Source: Sphaeroforma arctica JP610
Lineage: Eukaryota
Direction of reading: 5' to 3'
DNA: 46,486 nt
Assembly: GCF_001186125.1 (NCBI RefSeq)
Contig: NW_014040529.1
Span: 52,326-98,811 of the forward strand
Shown here: positions 12,044 through 23,580 of the stretch, piece by piece
Layout of the letters: the number at the start of each line of letters is the position of its first letter
Position numbering within the stretch: position 1 is the first letter of the stretch
The notes under the pieces: model-generated
What the model saw: only the letters and a program-made list of their open reading frames with translations
The model's database searches: none
Told to the model about the DNA's origin: nothing
Position numbers and translations under genes: made by a program

Positions 12044-15000
12044 ATGTCTATAGTGAATCAAAGTCAAGATAGTCTGCTTGCACAGATAGCCGCACTCGAG
12101 AATGAGATGCGCGAGGTTACAAGCCAGCCCACGGGCACTCCGGGCGACATGGTTCACTCTCTCCTTAGAGGGCAACTACGCCAACTATACACAGATGTAC
12201 TACTACATAACATACTGTACGCTAGTACACATGATATTGAGCAGCGTTTATGGAAGGTGTGTTTTCATAAGAGCATTGATGAATATAGACGGTGGTGTGC
12301 ACGCGTCAAAGACAATGCAGAGCAGTTACAGGGTGTTCAGCGGGCGTTTGAGTCGTTCTTAGCTATGGCGTATGGGTTCTATTATCAGTTAGTGGTATCC
12401 CTAAGGAATAGATATGGTGTAGCAATGCTTGGGGTGAACGACTACGATCGCGTTGGCATGGCAACGTACACACCTCGAAGAAATGATGCGGTTGAGGCAC
12501 ATGTGCGTGACGCTGGTAGGCAGGCAGTGCACAGGTGTATAGTGTTTCTGGGTGATATAGCAAGATACAGAGAGCTTCTAGGCAGCTCGACACGAAAAAC
12601 ATATGATACTGCGCGTTATTTCTACACCTTTGCCACACGATTAGATCCTCTGAGTGGGTCCCCGCATAATCAACTGGGTGTGATTGCAACGTACCTGGGG
12701 GATGAGATGAGTGCGTTGTATCACTATGCACGCAGCTTGAATTGCATATCTCCGTTTCACAATTCTGGTGATAATGTGAAGGCGCTATTCGAGAACAATC
12801 GGCAGCGCCTGGGCCCTACGCCATCTGTATTGGTCCCCGCTTTCACCAATGCTGAGTCCAGAAGCGGTGCGAACACGGGCAACAGTATGGGTTCAGGTGG
12901 AAAGAGTGGCAACAATTTAAGGTATTCTGAGATGGGCGACAATCGCACAGACAGTAATCGACTTTCTGGATCTAAAAAGGGCCCAAATAGGCCAAGTGTC
13001 AGACCCTTGTCACGCGCAAAGCAGATCAACGAATTGTTCGCACGCTTTGTGCAGCTGCACGGTATGCGGGAGGCGGACGAGTGCGCGTCGCAGGAGTTCA
13101 AAGTGGTGGCGAACTTTGTTTTAGAGTCGTTGCGGGGCCTTCTAAAGGGCAAAGGTTTGAGTGAGACGGCTACGTTGCGCATGATGATAGTCAATGTAAC
13201 AGCTCTGGACGCTTTAAACGGTGTGTGCGACCCTAACCCGAACCCGGGCGACCTGCAAATGTTTTCCTTCTGCATGAAGTTTGTGGTTCGCGTGTTGCTG
13301 GTGTGCATACGCAGTGCCAAGGGCCTCGCAAAGCTGCTCAGTGACAGTACCGCCGAATCCAATCGTGACCGCAAACGTGCGCGCAATCAGAGGCGCCGGG
13401 GCGGTGGGAATAGAGATGGTGGTAACCGGGACGGTCGTGAGGATGCCCGTGCGAGTGGCAAGCCTGGTAGTAATCCGAACAATACCAAGGATGGTACAGG
13501 TTTAAATAGCGGGTCGAAAGTGGGAGCGGCTGCTGGAGGGAGTGGGACCACAGGGACCGGGAGTAGTGCTTCGTTCGGATCGTTGGGGAAGGATGTTCCG
13601 CATCTGAAGAGTATCAAGGTGTTCTTGGATTGGGTGTCTTGCAACGAGTGGGTGCAGGGCTACTTGTACAACAAGAAAACATTTCGGCCTGGTATGAACT
13701 CGCCTCCCGAGGGTGCTGGCGCGAGTTTGGGCGGGGTAACGTCTGGGGAATCGCTCAGTGACTTGCCTTGGGCGGGCAGCGAAAACAATAGCGGTACCAA
13801 TTGCGGGATGGGCCCTGGTAGTGGGCGTGCGAATGCGAAAGAAGGCGGCAACAGTAGAGATGCGGAAAGACGCAATATGGTAGGTGGAGCCGGATATGGT
13901 GGGCTTGACCCGTACTCATCTGAGACACTCCGGAGTGAGGATGTAGGGAGATTGCTAGCCGTGCTATTGACTGTGCTGCCGTGGAGTATATCGTCCTTTG
14001 AGTGGAAGCGGGTGGCGTCTGTCCCCACTTTCTGGCACCAGGAGCCTAGACGCGCGTTACCCGAGGACGTTGAGTTGGAGGGTTTCATACCTACTTCGAG
14101 ATGTTTGACACACATTGATCTGCGGTCCAAGTACGATGAGAAGGCCGAGAAGCGTGCACGCATATACTACCTGGTAGGACTGGGCGTGTGGCTCGCAAGA
14201 GTGCCACCAGGCGATAAGTTTCTCAACTGCACCACAAAGCCTTCGCGTATCACCTTCAGCGTTGCCAAGGTGACGGGCAGCTGTGTGCAGGGACGGGATG
14301 GTTTGCCCATGAGTGGGGGCTATCGGGGGGTTGGTGGAGCTGGCGAGGCAGAAGACAGTTCAGTACTATCTGCATGGCTTGACGCTGATAGTAATACGTC
14401 GAGTGGGGTCAGGGATATGGGCCCGCACCAACACAGGACTCGCGAGTACCAGCAACACCGCGATGGGGAGTATGGTACTGAGGCGCCTGCGATGCGAGCA
14501 CCCCCCGGTCTGGGCAATCCCGCTGGCAATAACCTGGGCATGGACGAACATGCGTATGGTAGTGTGCCGTATGGGCTGCTGAGCGACTATGAGGACAATG
14601 ATCCCGATGTGTTAGATGTGGAAGGAAACGAGGGAGAAGAGGAAGGCGAAGATGAGCGGTACGAGTTCAATGAGTACACTGCACCAGACTGGTGGAAAGA
14701 ACTGGACACCTCAGGAGATGAATACGATGGGAATGGCCCACAGAAGAACACTGCGCATGATGTACCGCAGCAGGGCGGGTATGCGAACGTGGGGCTGGTG
14801 GGACAGGCCGCCTCGAATCGCAATGGCGATATTAGCAGTGATGTGAATGCTTCTGCTAGAGGAAACTATTCAAATCCCACTGTAGACGCACATGGGCACG
14901 CGCCGAATCAGAAGTACTCACAGCCTCAGTCGTACGCACAGTCTAACATACAGGGAGGAAGTGCCAAGGCTGTGATCGGCTCTCCGGGGGAAGCAAGTCT

Positions 15001-16573
15001 ACCGGAAGCTCTGCTGAAGAGCTCGTTTTTCGCGAAACCGCCGTCGACATCGGGTGGCATGGACCTTCTGAATACATCGGCCAGTATATGGGCCAGAACC
15101 TCTCCGGGACCACAGATGCAGCCACCTGTTGTGGGAGTGGGCGTGGGTGGGGCAGGCCAAAGCGGCTTGGGAGGGGGGGCTCCAGTGTCGCCTAGTCTCA
15201 AGGCGAATGAGGAAATTCCCAGGGCGATGGGTGTGAACCAGCCCATGGCGGTAAATACAGCGCCATGGTCGAGTGGAAATTCGCGCGTATCGCCTCACGC
15301 TCACGCGCTCACACAGACCGGGCCACCCGGCTCTATGCCTGCACACCAACTGCAACAGCCATCCAATCCTTACGATCACACACAACGACACCCTCACCAA
15401 GGCCCAATGTGGAATCTAGGTGTGGGCGTTGGCGTGGGTGGGGATGTGCACGGTCCTGGACACACTCGACCACATTCCACTATGTGGGCGACTTCGGATG
15501 TGTTGCCGTACACCGCTAAGTTCACACCGCAGTCGGGACCTGCGGGATCGGCGCTCTTGGCTGATGATACGGAACACAATCCCAAGACCAGGGCCACCAG
15601 TACTGTGAATAGTGTTATTGGCGATGGAGGGGGCAGTGGAGAGTCACCCACTAATATTGGTAGTAAGGTGAACAATACTGATGGTGGTGGGGAGATCATG
15701 AGGAACCGTAGCCACAACAGCAAACACCACACCACCAACAACAATGCAGACAACCACGGCGACACCAAGGGGAATGCTGGTGTGTCAGGGTGGAATTCGA
15801 ACACCTCTGAATCTATTTCTCTTGCACATACAAGCGGACAACTGCCTTCATCAGGGAATGCAGGGGCACACGCCAGCGAAACTGTGGGGGCGGTGGGACG
15901 ACCGTCTCCTGTTGTTGGGGCTGGAGCCACGGCACCCGGTGCTGGACCAAGATATGGGGTCAATGGTTCGGGTGTAGGGGTTGATGGGGGTGTATATAGA
16001 CCAAGTGAGGGCCAAATGGAGAGCCAACGGGCTCCGCCCGGGCTGGGGGCTTCAGGGCCTCGGTTCACGCAGATCTTCTCGAATGCCAGTGTGGGCGAGA
16101 GTGGTAGAGGCGGCCCAGGCCAGGCATACAACGCGGGCGATTCTGGTAGTTTGCAGATGCCAATGCAGATGTCCATGCATGCACACACGCACGTGCAATC
16201 TTTGAGTAGCTACGGCGATGATTTGCGTATGAACCATGGATCGCTGTTCAGTCCAGCTGTGAATATGAATGTGATGCCGCATGCGAATCCCCTTGCGCAG
16301 CCGTTTACTCACACTGGCGGGGCCATGGGTGCCGGTAGTATGGCTCTTGGAGGTGTGCAACAAGGGGCCTATTCACAAGGACACGGGAGTATGGGTGGCT
16401 ACCAACCACTAGCACAGCACCACCAACAGCAGCAGCAACGGTATCAACAGCAGGCGTTCGATAACGGTGGTGTGGGCACTGATAGTAATTTTAATGCTGT
16501 GCCGCCTGGTTTGAATAATGATGGTGGCGGTGTTAGCGTGATAGGGGAAGGTAGATCGCCTGTTTTACAGTAA
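12044..16573 (+). CDS. Est1/SMG5-6-7 family NMD factor, most like SMG7 (14-3-3-like TPR domain, low-complexity C-terminus, no PIN domain recognised); single coding exon
   Basis: 1509-aa ORF with IEQRLWKVCFHKSIDEYRR, HRCIVFLGDIARYRE, ARYFY..A..LDPLSGSPHNQLGVIA, ALYHYARSL, PFHNSGDNVKALFE and ALPEDVELEGFIP, all typical of EST1/Est1_DNA_bind domains. The remainder is G/S/P/Q-rich. Confidence 0.85.
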   Translation: MSIVNQSQDSLLAQIAALENEMREVTSQPTGTPGDMVHSLLRGQLRQLYTDVLLHNILYASTHDIEQRLWKVCFHKSIDEYRRWCARVKDNAEQLQGVQRAFESFLAMAYGFYYQLVVSLRNRYGVAMLGVNDYDRVGMATYTPRRNDAVEAHVRDAGRQAVHRCIVFLGDIARYRELLGSSTRKTYDTARYFYTFATRLDPLSGSPHNQLGVIATYLGDEMSALYHYARSLNCISPFHNSGDNVKALFENNRQRLGPTPSVLVPAFTNAESRSGANTGNSMGSGGKSGNNLRYSEMGDNRTDSNRLSGSKKGPNRPSVRPLSRAKQINELFARFVQLHGMREADECASQEFKVVANFVLESLRGLLKGKGLSETATLRMMIVNVTALDALNGVCDPNPNPGDLQMFSFCMKFVVRVLLVCIRSAKGLAKLLSDSTAESNRDRKRARNQRRRGGGNRDGGNRDGREDARASGKPGSNPNNTKDGTGLNSGSKVGAAAGGSGTTGTGSSASFGSLGKDVPHLKSIKVFLDWVSCNEWVQGYLYNKKTFRPGMNSPPEGAGASLGGVTSGESLSDLPWAGSENNSGTNCGMGPGSGRANAKEGGNSRDAERRNMVGGAGYGGLDPYSSETLRSEDVGRLLAVLLTVLPWSISSFEWKRVASVPTFWHQEPRRALPEDVELEGFIPTSRCLTHIDLRSKYDEKAEKRARIYYLVGLGVWLARVPPGDKFLNCTTKPSRITFSVAKVTGSCVQGRDGLPMSGGYRGVGGAGEAEDSSVLSAWLDADSNTSSGVRDMGPHQHRTREYQQHRDGEYGTEAPAMRAPPGLGNPAGNNLGMDEHAYGSVPYGLLSDYEDNDPDVLDVEGNEGEEEGEDERYEFNEYTAPDWWKELDTSGDEYDGNGPQKNTAHDVPQQGGYANVGLVGQAASNRNGDISSDVNASARGNYSNPTVDAHGHAPNQKYSQPQSYAQSNIQGGSAKAVIGSPGEASLPEALLKSSFFAKPPSTSGGMDLLNTSASIWARTSPGPQMQPPVVGVGVGGAGQSGLGGGAPVSPSLKANEEIPRAMGVNQPMAVNTAPWSSGNSRVSPHAHALTQTGPPGSMPAHQLQQPSNPYDHTQRHPHQGPMWNLGVGVGVGGDVHGPGHTRPHSTMWATSDVLPYTAKFTPQSGPAGSALLADDTEHNPKTRATSTVNSVIGDGGGSGESPTNIGSKVNNTDGGGEIMRNRSHNSKHHTTNNNADNHGDTKGNAGVSGWNSNTSESISLAHTSGQLPSSGNAGAHASETVGAVGRPSPVVGAGATAPGAGPRYGVNGSGVGVDGGVYRPSEGQMESQRAPPGLGASGPRFTQIFSNASVGESGRGGPGQAYNAGDSGSLQMPMQMSMHAHTHVQSLSSYGDDLRMNHGSLFSPAVNMNVMPHANPLAQPFTHTGGAMGAGSMALGGVQQGAYSQGHGSMGGYQPLAQHHQQQQQRYQQQAFDNGGVGTDSNFNAVPPGLNNDGGGVSVIGEGRSPVLQ

Positions 16574-18126
16574 GAGAAAAGGTGAGTGGGTGTCCATGTC
16601 TGGAATGGGGAAATGATCAGAAGCGGATGTTACACAACTGACTACGGCACGATGTTTGAGTGCCTTCGAACTGCTTACAAGTACGTTGTTCGTCTTTACG
16701 TATCATAGCAGCGTAATTGCCCCGAGATGCACACCGCCATTTCGACGGGAGAAATGGCTTCACAGTCATTCATTGTGTGGCGATACATGCTACAATGCCT
16801 ATGAACATCTGTGTGAAATGCATAGGATCCATCGTCTGTAAGGATGCAGCTCCGATATATAGCCGCTCAAAGCGGTTTACACACATTCGATCGTTGACAT
16901 CTGCATGCGGGTTGTTCTCCGTCAACAGAGACATCGAGATTATACTGACAATTTCCCCCCAAGCCCAAATGGCTTTTACGCGCTCAATCCTGAAAGAAAG
17001 TAGTTGGTGCTGAGAGACTGCCGATGTTGCGTTCTCAATTTTAAAACCCCTTCGGGCGGGTCCAACACTACTTCACCACCCGACACAACCATGCCAGTCC
17101 ATTTCGCTGGGAACTAACTGTCCATGAGCTATGTGTATTCCGAACTGGGTAGCAATTCGGACCATTACGAGTGTATACAAAGTTATCTATACTCCTGACG
17201 TCGTGCGATCTGCAGCAATGCCTACACACAATCGGTATAGGCGCCAGATGAACTTCGTGTGCTCAATAATCCAACTTTGAAATGTGCCGAAAGGGACGTA
17301 TAGCTCGATGAAGATGCTAAGTGCCTATCACAGCATAGCCAAATTAGCCGTGTAACATCCTGGATAGTACTCTGGATAGTACTAGTTCCCGTATCAGTAT
17401 TGACTTGCACGAATGTCAGTATGCCGACAAAGTGAAGGATAGGTAATACTGGGAGCATAGTATTGTCAATTAGTGGGACGGCGATTTGCAATTGTGTAAT
17501 TGGATGCCGAAGGAGTTCGCCCTGGTGTTTTCACTCTAGACATCCAATAAACACTCATTAATACTGTTTTATCGACATTTAATTATTCTTATGATTATTG
17601 CGAAGTATATAGTTTCTGCAGGAGATAAACTGAACAGGCGTCGTTTCATGGGCGTTATTCTGCGTTCTAATTTAAAGTAGTGCGGTAGTTTCTCCGCATA
17701 TTTAGTGGGCCAATTGAGCGCTCATTTTCTATAGCACAACCTTGGCAGGTGATACTGCAAACATTAAGACATGAACTCCGAGTGCTGTCTCTTTAAATTT
17801 GTACAAGCGACGCAACTGTATTATACGCGATGTTTGAATCGTCCTGAAGGCCGATTTGAAAATTGTAGCCAGCATTTGCCCAGTGCACTTGTGAGAGATC
17901 GTAATATATATTAAAACTCTCGGCCCTGCGGATACCTAAATGGAGCACTTTGACAGAGCGAGCGTTTGCACATATCAGATAACTTTGCCGAGCTCTCGAT
18001 GACAAGCGTTGTGGGTGAAGTCAGACTACTGACAAGACATGAAAGGTAAGAACGGCGTATCGCTCAGATTGATCAGGAAGACGATTCTTCAGTTTTGGGA
18101 CACCCTACTATGGTAAACTGGGTAGA

Positions 18127-21100
18127 TTAAACAGCAAGTTGTTGCATTTCTTCCAACAAGCGCTTGCCGGTGAAGGTACACTTTTTTGGCTCATGTGTTT
18201 CCTCGTCGGCATCGTTGCATCCCGACACGTGTCTTAGCACAAGATTTGCGGCGTTCGCGGTCCCAATGCCGATGACAACAAAGTGTATTTGTCGATTCTT
18301 GGCTGTTTCCGTGTTCTGGTATGAGGGAAGAACACAACGCGCGCTTATATAAATACTTGACTACAAAGTTTGACTAGTTTTGTATGTATCTGTATATCTA
18401 CTTCAGCACGAGGCCGAAACCTCGAGGAAACAACAATCTAGCGCAAATAGACGACAAATCAATTGGTAGTCTCAGTCGTACCGTAGGCTTGGCTGTGGCG
18501 GGGGCCTTTAGCAATAAAGACACCGACTGGCATTCTCACCTTGTATCTATCGGATACAGTATCGTAGCGCACAGCACGAGAATGGTCGAGTTATGCATTT
18601 GTGACCCAAGCCCTCGCAGATAGATCTCAAGTATATTCAGTTATGCCTGGCACGTGTTGATGTACAAAACGTGCACTGCTCTAGGTAGAACAGCAGAGCA
18701 TTATCTGTTGCATTGATGGTTCACCAATATAAATGAAGCCTCTCGTACCACAACAAGTACAACATACCTGGGATTCGAATACGAATTCAGACCCGAGAGG
18801 CACACCATCGACAGGGGAGATATCAAATAACTGTCTCAGGGCCATAGCAGAGATCTCAGCCTGTGCCGATTCATTCTGACGTTCTGTTTCGGGGATTTTC
18901 TGTGGTCTCGTAGTGTTTATGAACCTTCGCTTCACCTAGTAGCACAAAGACAATGCATTTAAAATGACTATACACTTTCAGATTTCATGATAAGGGGTTG
19001 TAGCCTCGCTGCACCAGCCTGCAATCCCAACAATCGAATCCAGCAAAAATTGCCTGCATGTTTAATACTTGATTTGAGTACGAGAAACTACTCTTGAGTG
19101 CACGGATGGTACTCAGGGCTTCGTACATACATATGACACTGACATATTTTCATCAACGCGAGATGCGCAACTGTTTAACGCGAGATGCGCATCGGGTTAC
19201 CTCATGTTGTACATTTAGCACTACACACGCCACGATTCACTCGTGTGTTGCATTGCGATTCAAGCATGCATATGGATTTGTGCAGGAGATGCAACATACT
19301 TCAACTGGTCTGACACGTACACTCAAGACGAGGCAGTCATAGCATGTAATACGAATCAAGAGCCAATGCCGACTTCCACGCGCGGAGACTCATACCACAT
19401 GCTTAGGGTTACCTGATGTATGGTGTATATGCCGCTCACATGCTCAGTTTGGAGCACAGTTCCTGTGATGTTAAATACCGGTGATTTGACGGATAATTGC
19501 GTTGTGATATTGACCTGAACAGGAATAGTCAAAAGGTTTGGATAGAATACTCATCAGCCAAAGATCGCCACGGCGTGTACAAAATGGTACAAGCTTGCAT
19601 TTTTCAGTCCTTTCTATCGTATAACACTCGACTTCGTATCTGCTCGCGAGCAAGAGTCTCCATATGAGTCATAATCATCCCCAGATACTACGCGAGTGGC
19701 GATTCTCTGTATTGTATTTCATACATATCCACTTATATGTGCACTTACTTGATCTAAGTGTGGCAGCGTGATATACCATTCCACCTGATATTTATCACCA
19801 GCTTTGAGTACATCGACAGTCAAGTTCGGTGCGTTCGTGTCACAACACCGACATGAAGTTTGGCATTTGTCCATCAATCTGTTGAACGTAGTTGATACCA
19901 TTGCCTGTGAACATAGCAGGTGTGATTTCCACACGCGAATTGATTTAGGTTTCCAACTCAATGCGCACTGTATTGCAACATGTTCATGTTCTGAGTGATA
20001 GCAAAATGTATTGTACTTGCACCCCACTGAACTATTCTGCTATGGCAACTAAAGGACGTGACATTACATCCACTGTTTTGGGTATGATATACTTTCAAAT
20101 TCTGATCACTGCAACGGTCACAGACAGTTATATACGATATAGCATAACTTTGAAACCATGATCAAGCATGGACATTGACAAGTGTCACAATCAAGCCACA
20201 CCACTTCCATAACAAGTCAGGCATATCAATGAGCTAAGATTATACTGCACATTGAGTATAGGCATTGTCACAGTAACAAGAAAAACCACGGCGGTGTCAA
20301 ATGCATTTCCAAGGTGTCTATCGCGTAGACATACAAATGTCTGGTAAAACTCGTATACATCAACATACAAGTATATGAGAAAATAGATAGACGACATTCA
20401 TGCTCCGCATATGCATACGAGTATTCTCTCTGGAAAAGTTGTCCACGGACCATGGTTCTTTAAAATATGCCTTGACATCTCAGACTAGTACCACATCTCA
20501 CACCTTTCGAACAGACTTCAATACAAAGACAATCGCAGCGGATTTAGAATCCTCACCTGGTTCTTCTTGATACTGAAGCCCAGCTTAAGGTCGTGGAGGT
20601 CCATCGGATTATTGTTGTGCACTGTTACGGAAACAATGGGCCCGGATCTATCAGCTTGACCGGCCGGAGATCGCACGTTCACCTCTATATAAAACACGGT
20701 ACCTCAATTAAAAAGCAGCTAACATTGTGGAGGAGCTGGGTTGGAAAATTACTGGTGCCATCTCCACATTAACAACTCAGTTGAATTTGACACAGGAACT
20801 TCATATGTTGCCGAATATGGAATATTCCAACAGAAAACATAGGGATCTTTAATTTAGACCACGTATTTCACAAGGCCCTAGCGTTTGAGGTGTACATGAG
20901 TCATGCCTGCGAGACGATGAAAAATAAATGTAGATAGACTTGATTCGATTGGAGGCACCGCAGGTACAAAGCAAATACATTGGATGATCAAGGTGTCTTA
21001 CACAGGTTATAGGTTCAGAAAGTACACGCTGGGCCATAATTCGTGGTAGCACTTGCCAATGTTAGAAATTTGCGACAACACGTGTTGCTAGTTCATATTT

Positions 21101-22915
21101 GAACAGAAAAGCATACATACGCATATGAGTGTCTGACATACCTACGTGAAGTGATCGTAACACAATGGACTCCATCATTGTATTCAGAGATGCGGCCAGG
21201 TTGTTGGCGTTGTTAACCGTCTCAGCCATATTCTGAACACAACGAAGGTTGTGTTATAATTGATATCGTAATTAGCGTACACGTTGAAGATGCTTCCGAA
21301 ATATGCACACATACTATTTTCTGACTATTTTTCTACATTACAGATGGATTGTATATACTACAATGTTGCTGACACGATATTAGTATATGCAGTATACTGA
21401 TAGTACACTACCACACAGAACAATCAGCGATGCCATCAAGTAATTAAACATGTCTACCAAACCCGTACACCCAGTGGCTTTGAGGTTCAATATTGGCTTT
21501 ACGAGAACCACAACAGCTATATATAAATGCACAAATACATCGCTGGCTACTCAGAAGTAATCACAAATTAAGAACGCACAAGTATGATACCTGAAATGCG
21601 AGCCCGATGGAATCAGTCATGCCAGCCACAACACTCCCGAGCGCTTCGATGGTGGGAGCCATGGATTCCACGGGCGTCTCTGCCGGAGCACTCCTATTAA
21701 AGTAGTTTATGATATTAGGAACCTCAGGTGCGTTGTGTACAACAGACTGGATTGCTTGTAAAATGCCTCACTACTAGATTTCAATGGAAATATCGGTGTA
21801 GCTTCGTGCTTGTCGAACCCAGTGAATGATTATCTGCACAAACGATTTTTTTGTCACACAGGTATCTGCTGGGATTCTAATTTCGTTCCCTAGTGATGTT
21901 ATTCGAGCACTTAAATACTTCCTTGCAATTTTCAAGAGGCAGAGTTCATATGCAAAGTGTCTGACTACCACCCTCGCTCGTGAGATCGCACGCTCATAGA
22001 ATACGATACTCAATTGGAATGCCCCCTATGAAACATATCCGCTGAAAAGTAACTTTGGTGGCGAGTATCATGATATACAATACTGCCTGCCTTGTTTGTA
22101 CATATTTAATTGCCAAATATTACACTCAATGCTTATCGATTCATGCCGTGTAAGGTTGAGCTCAAACTGTTTGACAAGTGTAGCTACTCGTCGAAACAAG
22201 ATACCATGGCAGTCTATATTATTTTATTAGTTCAGAAGACCGGAATGTAAAACTTTTCTTTTGAGCTATTACAAATTTGTCGCACCTTCCACATGATTCA
22301 GCGACAGGTGATACACGATTGATATTATCGAATCGACACTATAAGCGTATCGCAATCATACGACTGAAGTACCACTAGTTCCATACAAAACGTATCACAA
22401 TTTGCTAGAATGTCAGTTAGCAACACATTTATAAGTTTCGTGTGTAGAATACATACATTAAAATCTTCCAAGGTACAAACGAGCGACGATACGATAAAAG
22501 TACGAAGCTGTGCACTATCAGATCCCGATGAGAACAGTTCTTTAGAAGGATCAAACACTCATAGTATTCCTAGAGATATACACAAGGTCTTGCTTACTCA
22601 CCCAACCTAGTAGTTTTGTCGGAAGAATGTAATGTTCATGGTATAATCCAGAAACATAAGATTATAGATACATATCCATCCAAAACAGTTCTTCAGACGG
22701 ATCCGATGCCAAACTCATAGTATCTCTACAAACTCAACTGGTAAAGTTTCATCACTGAACCATCCCATCTCATTTCTTCGGAAGCAACAAGCATTCAGAA
22801 TTCATCAAGAACCACGCAATATCTCACACACTTACCCATTCGATTCACATTGTCCCTCCACTGTAAATTCCGGTGCGATGGAGCTGATGGGGTCAACCCG
22901 CGACCCCTCGGGCAT
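18127..22915 (-). CDS. Uncharacterised 338-aa protein, 8 exons (N-terminal amphipathic helix, then a predicted beta-sandwich and an alpha/beta C-terminal region)
   Basis: Exons 22915-22836, 21693-21591, 21232-21142, 20684-20557, 19904-19749, 19514-19413, 18935-18768, 18315-18127 all have GT-AG borders and compatible phases, and total 1017 nt with no internal stop: MPEGSRVDP...SIGLAFQNMAETVNNANNLAASLNTMMESIVLRSLHVEVNV...PIVSVTVHNNNPMDL...LRQLFDISPVDGVPLG...RLLEEMQQLAV*. Confidence 0.8.
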
Positions 22916-23580
22916 AGAAGTCATTATATGTACGAGTTGTGCAAAACCCCGCAAGTAGCGGACGTAGTTGCTGATATGTTTCGATCAAATTACTGGTTTA
23001 GAGTTCGTTATGTGTTAGGGTGTGTATACATATATATGTGCTAGAGTATGTGCTAGATATATGTACTAAAATTATAACTTGGGTTTAATATAAATAGCCC
23101 TCCTGCAATGCAGAATAAGCAGGTACATAGGGGACATGCATTTTTATCAATTCAGGGTTCACACTTCAGTGACTTTTCAGCTGCTGCATCAGTGTCATCA
23201 GAATATTATTTACTTGCTTTAATCGATGTTCGATTGGGCTGTACTGACCGTCACCAACAAAACCAGCCAATAGAAATATTTTGGCGGGCTCACATTGCAC
23301 ACGACAGTCAGTCTGTGAGACTGTCGCTGTGAGACTTGACTATTTTAAACTCTACTTTGTCGTAGTACACATACAAATTTAAATTAATACATATATGCTG
23401 TACATAGTAAGCTAGCACTTCCAGAACGTTACATGCCCTTAGCAGTGCACACCACTAGCAATCTCCTTATAGACAGTATTATATACTACAAAAGATAACA
23501 CAATCGAGCCTTGCATGAACGTTCACAGACACTCAAATAATTGGTGTCATTTGGTCTTAGCCCTATGACAGCATAACTTT
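22916..23580. promoter_or_regulatory. Candidate bidirectional promoter region, uncharacterised gene (-) / methyltransferase (+)
   Basis: Divergent predicted start codons are separated by 665 bp. Confidence 0.4.

Noticed and set aside
12363..16363. Multiple antisense or alternative-frame ORFs up to 264 aa (also 10308-11092)
   Set aside because: They are shadows of GC-richer real coding sequence with no recognisable motifs.
23279..23292. E2F-like TTTGGCGG site in a divergent promoter region
   Set aside because: A single short motif is expected by chance, and there is no supporting evidence.
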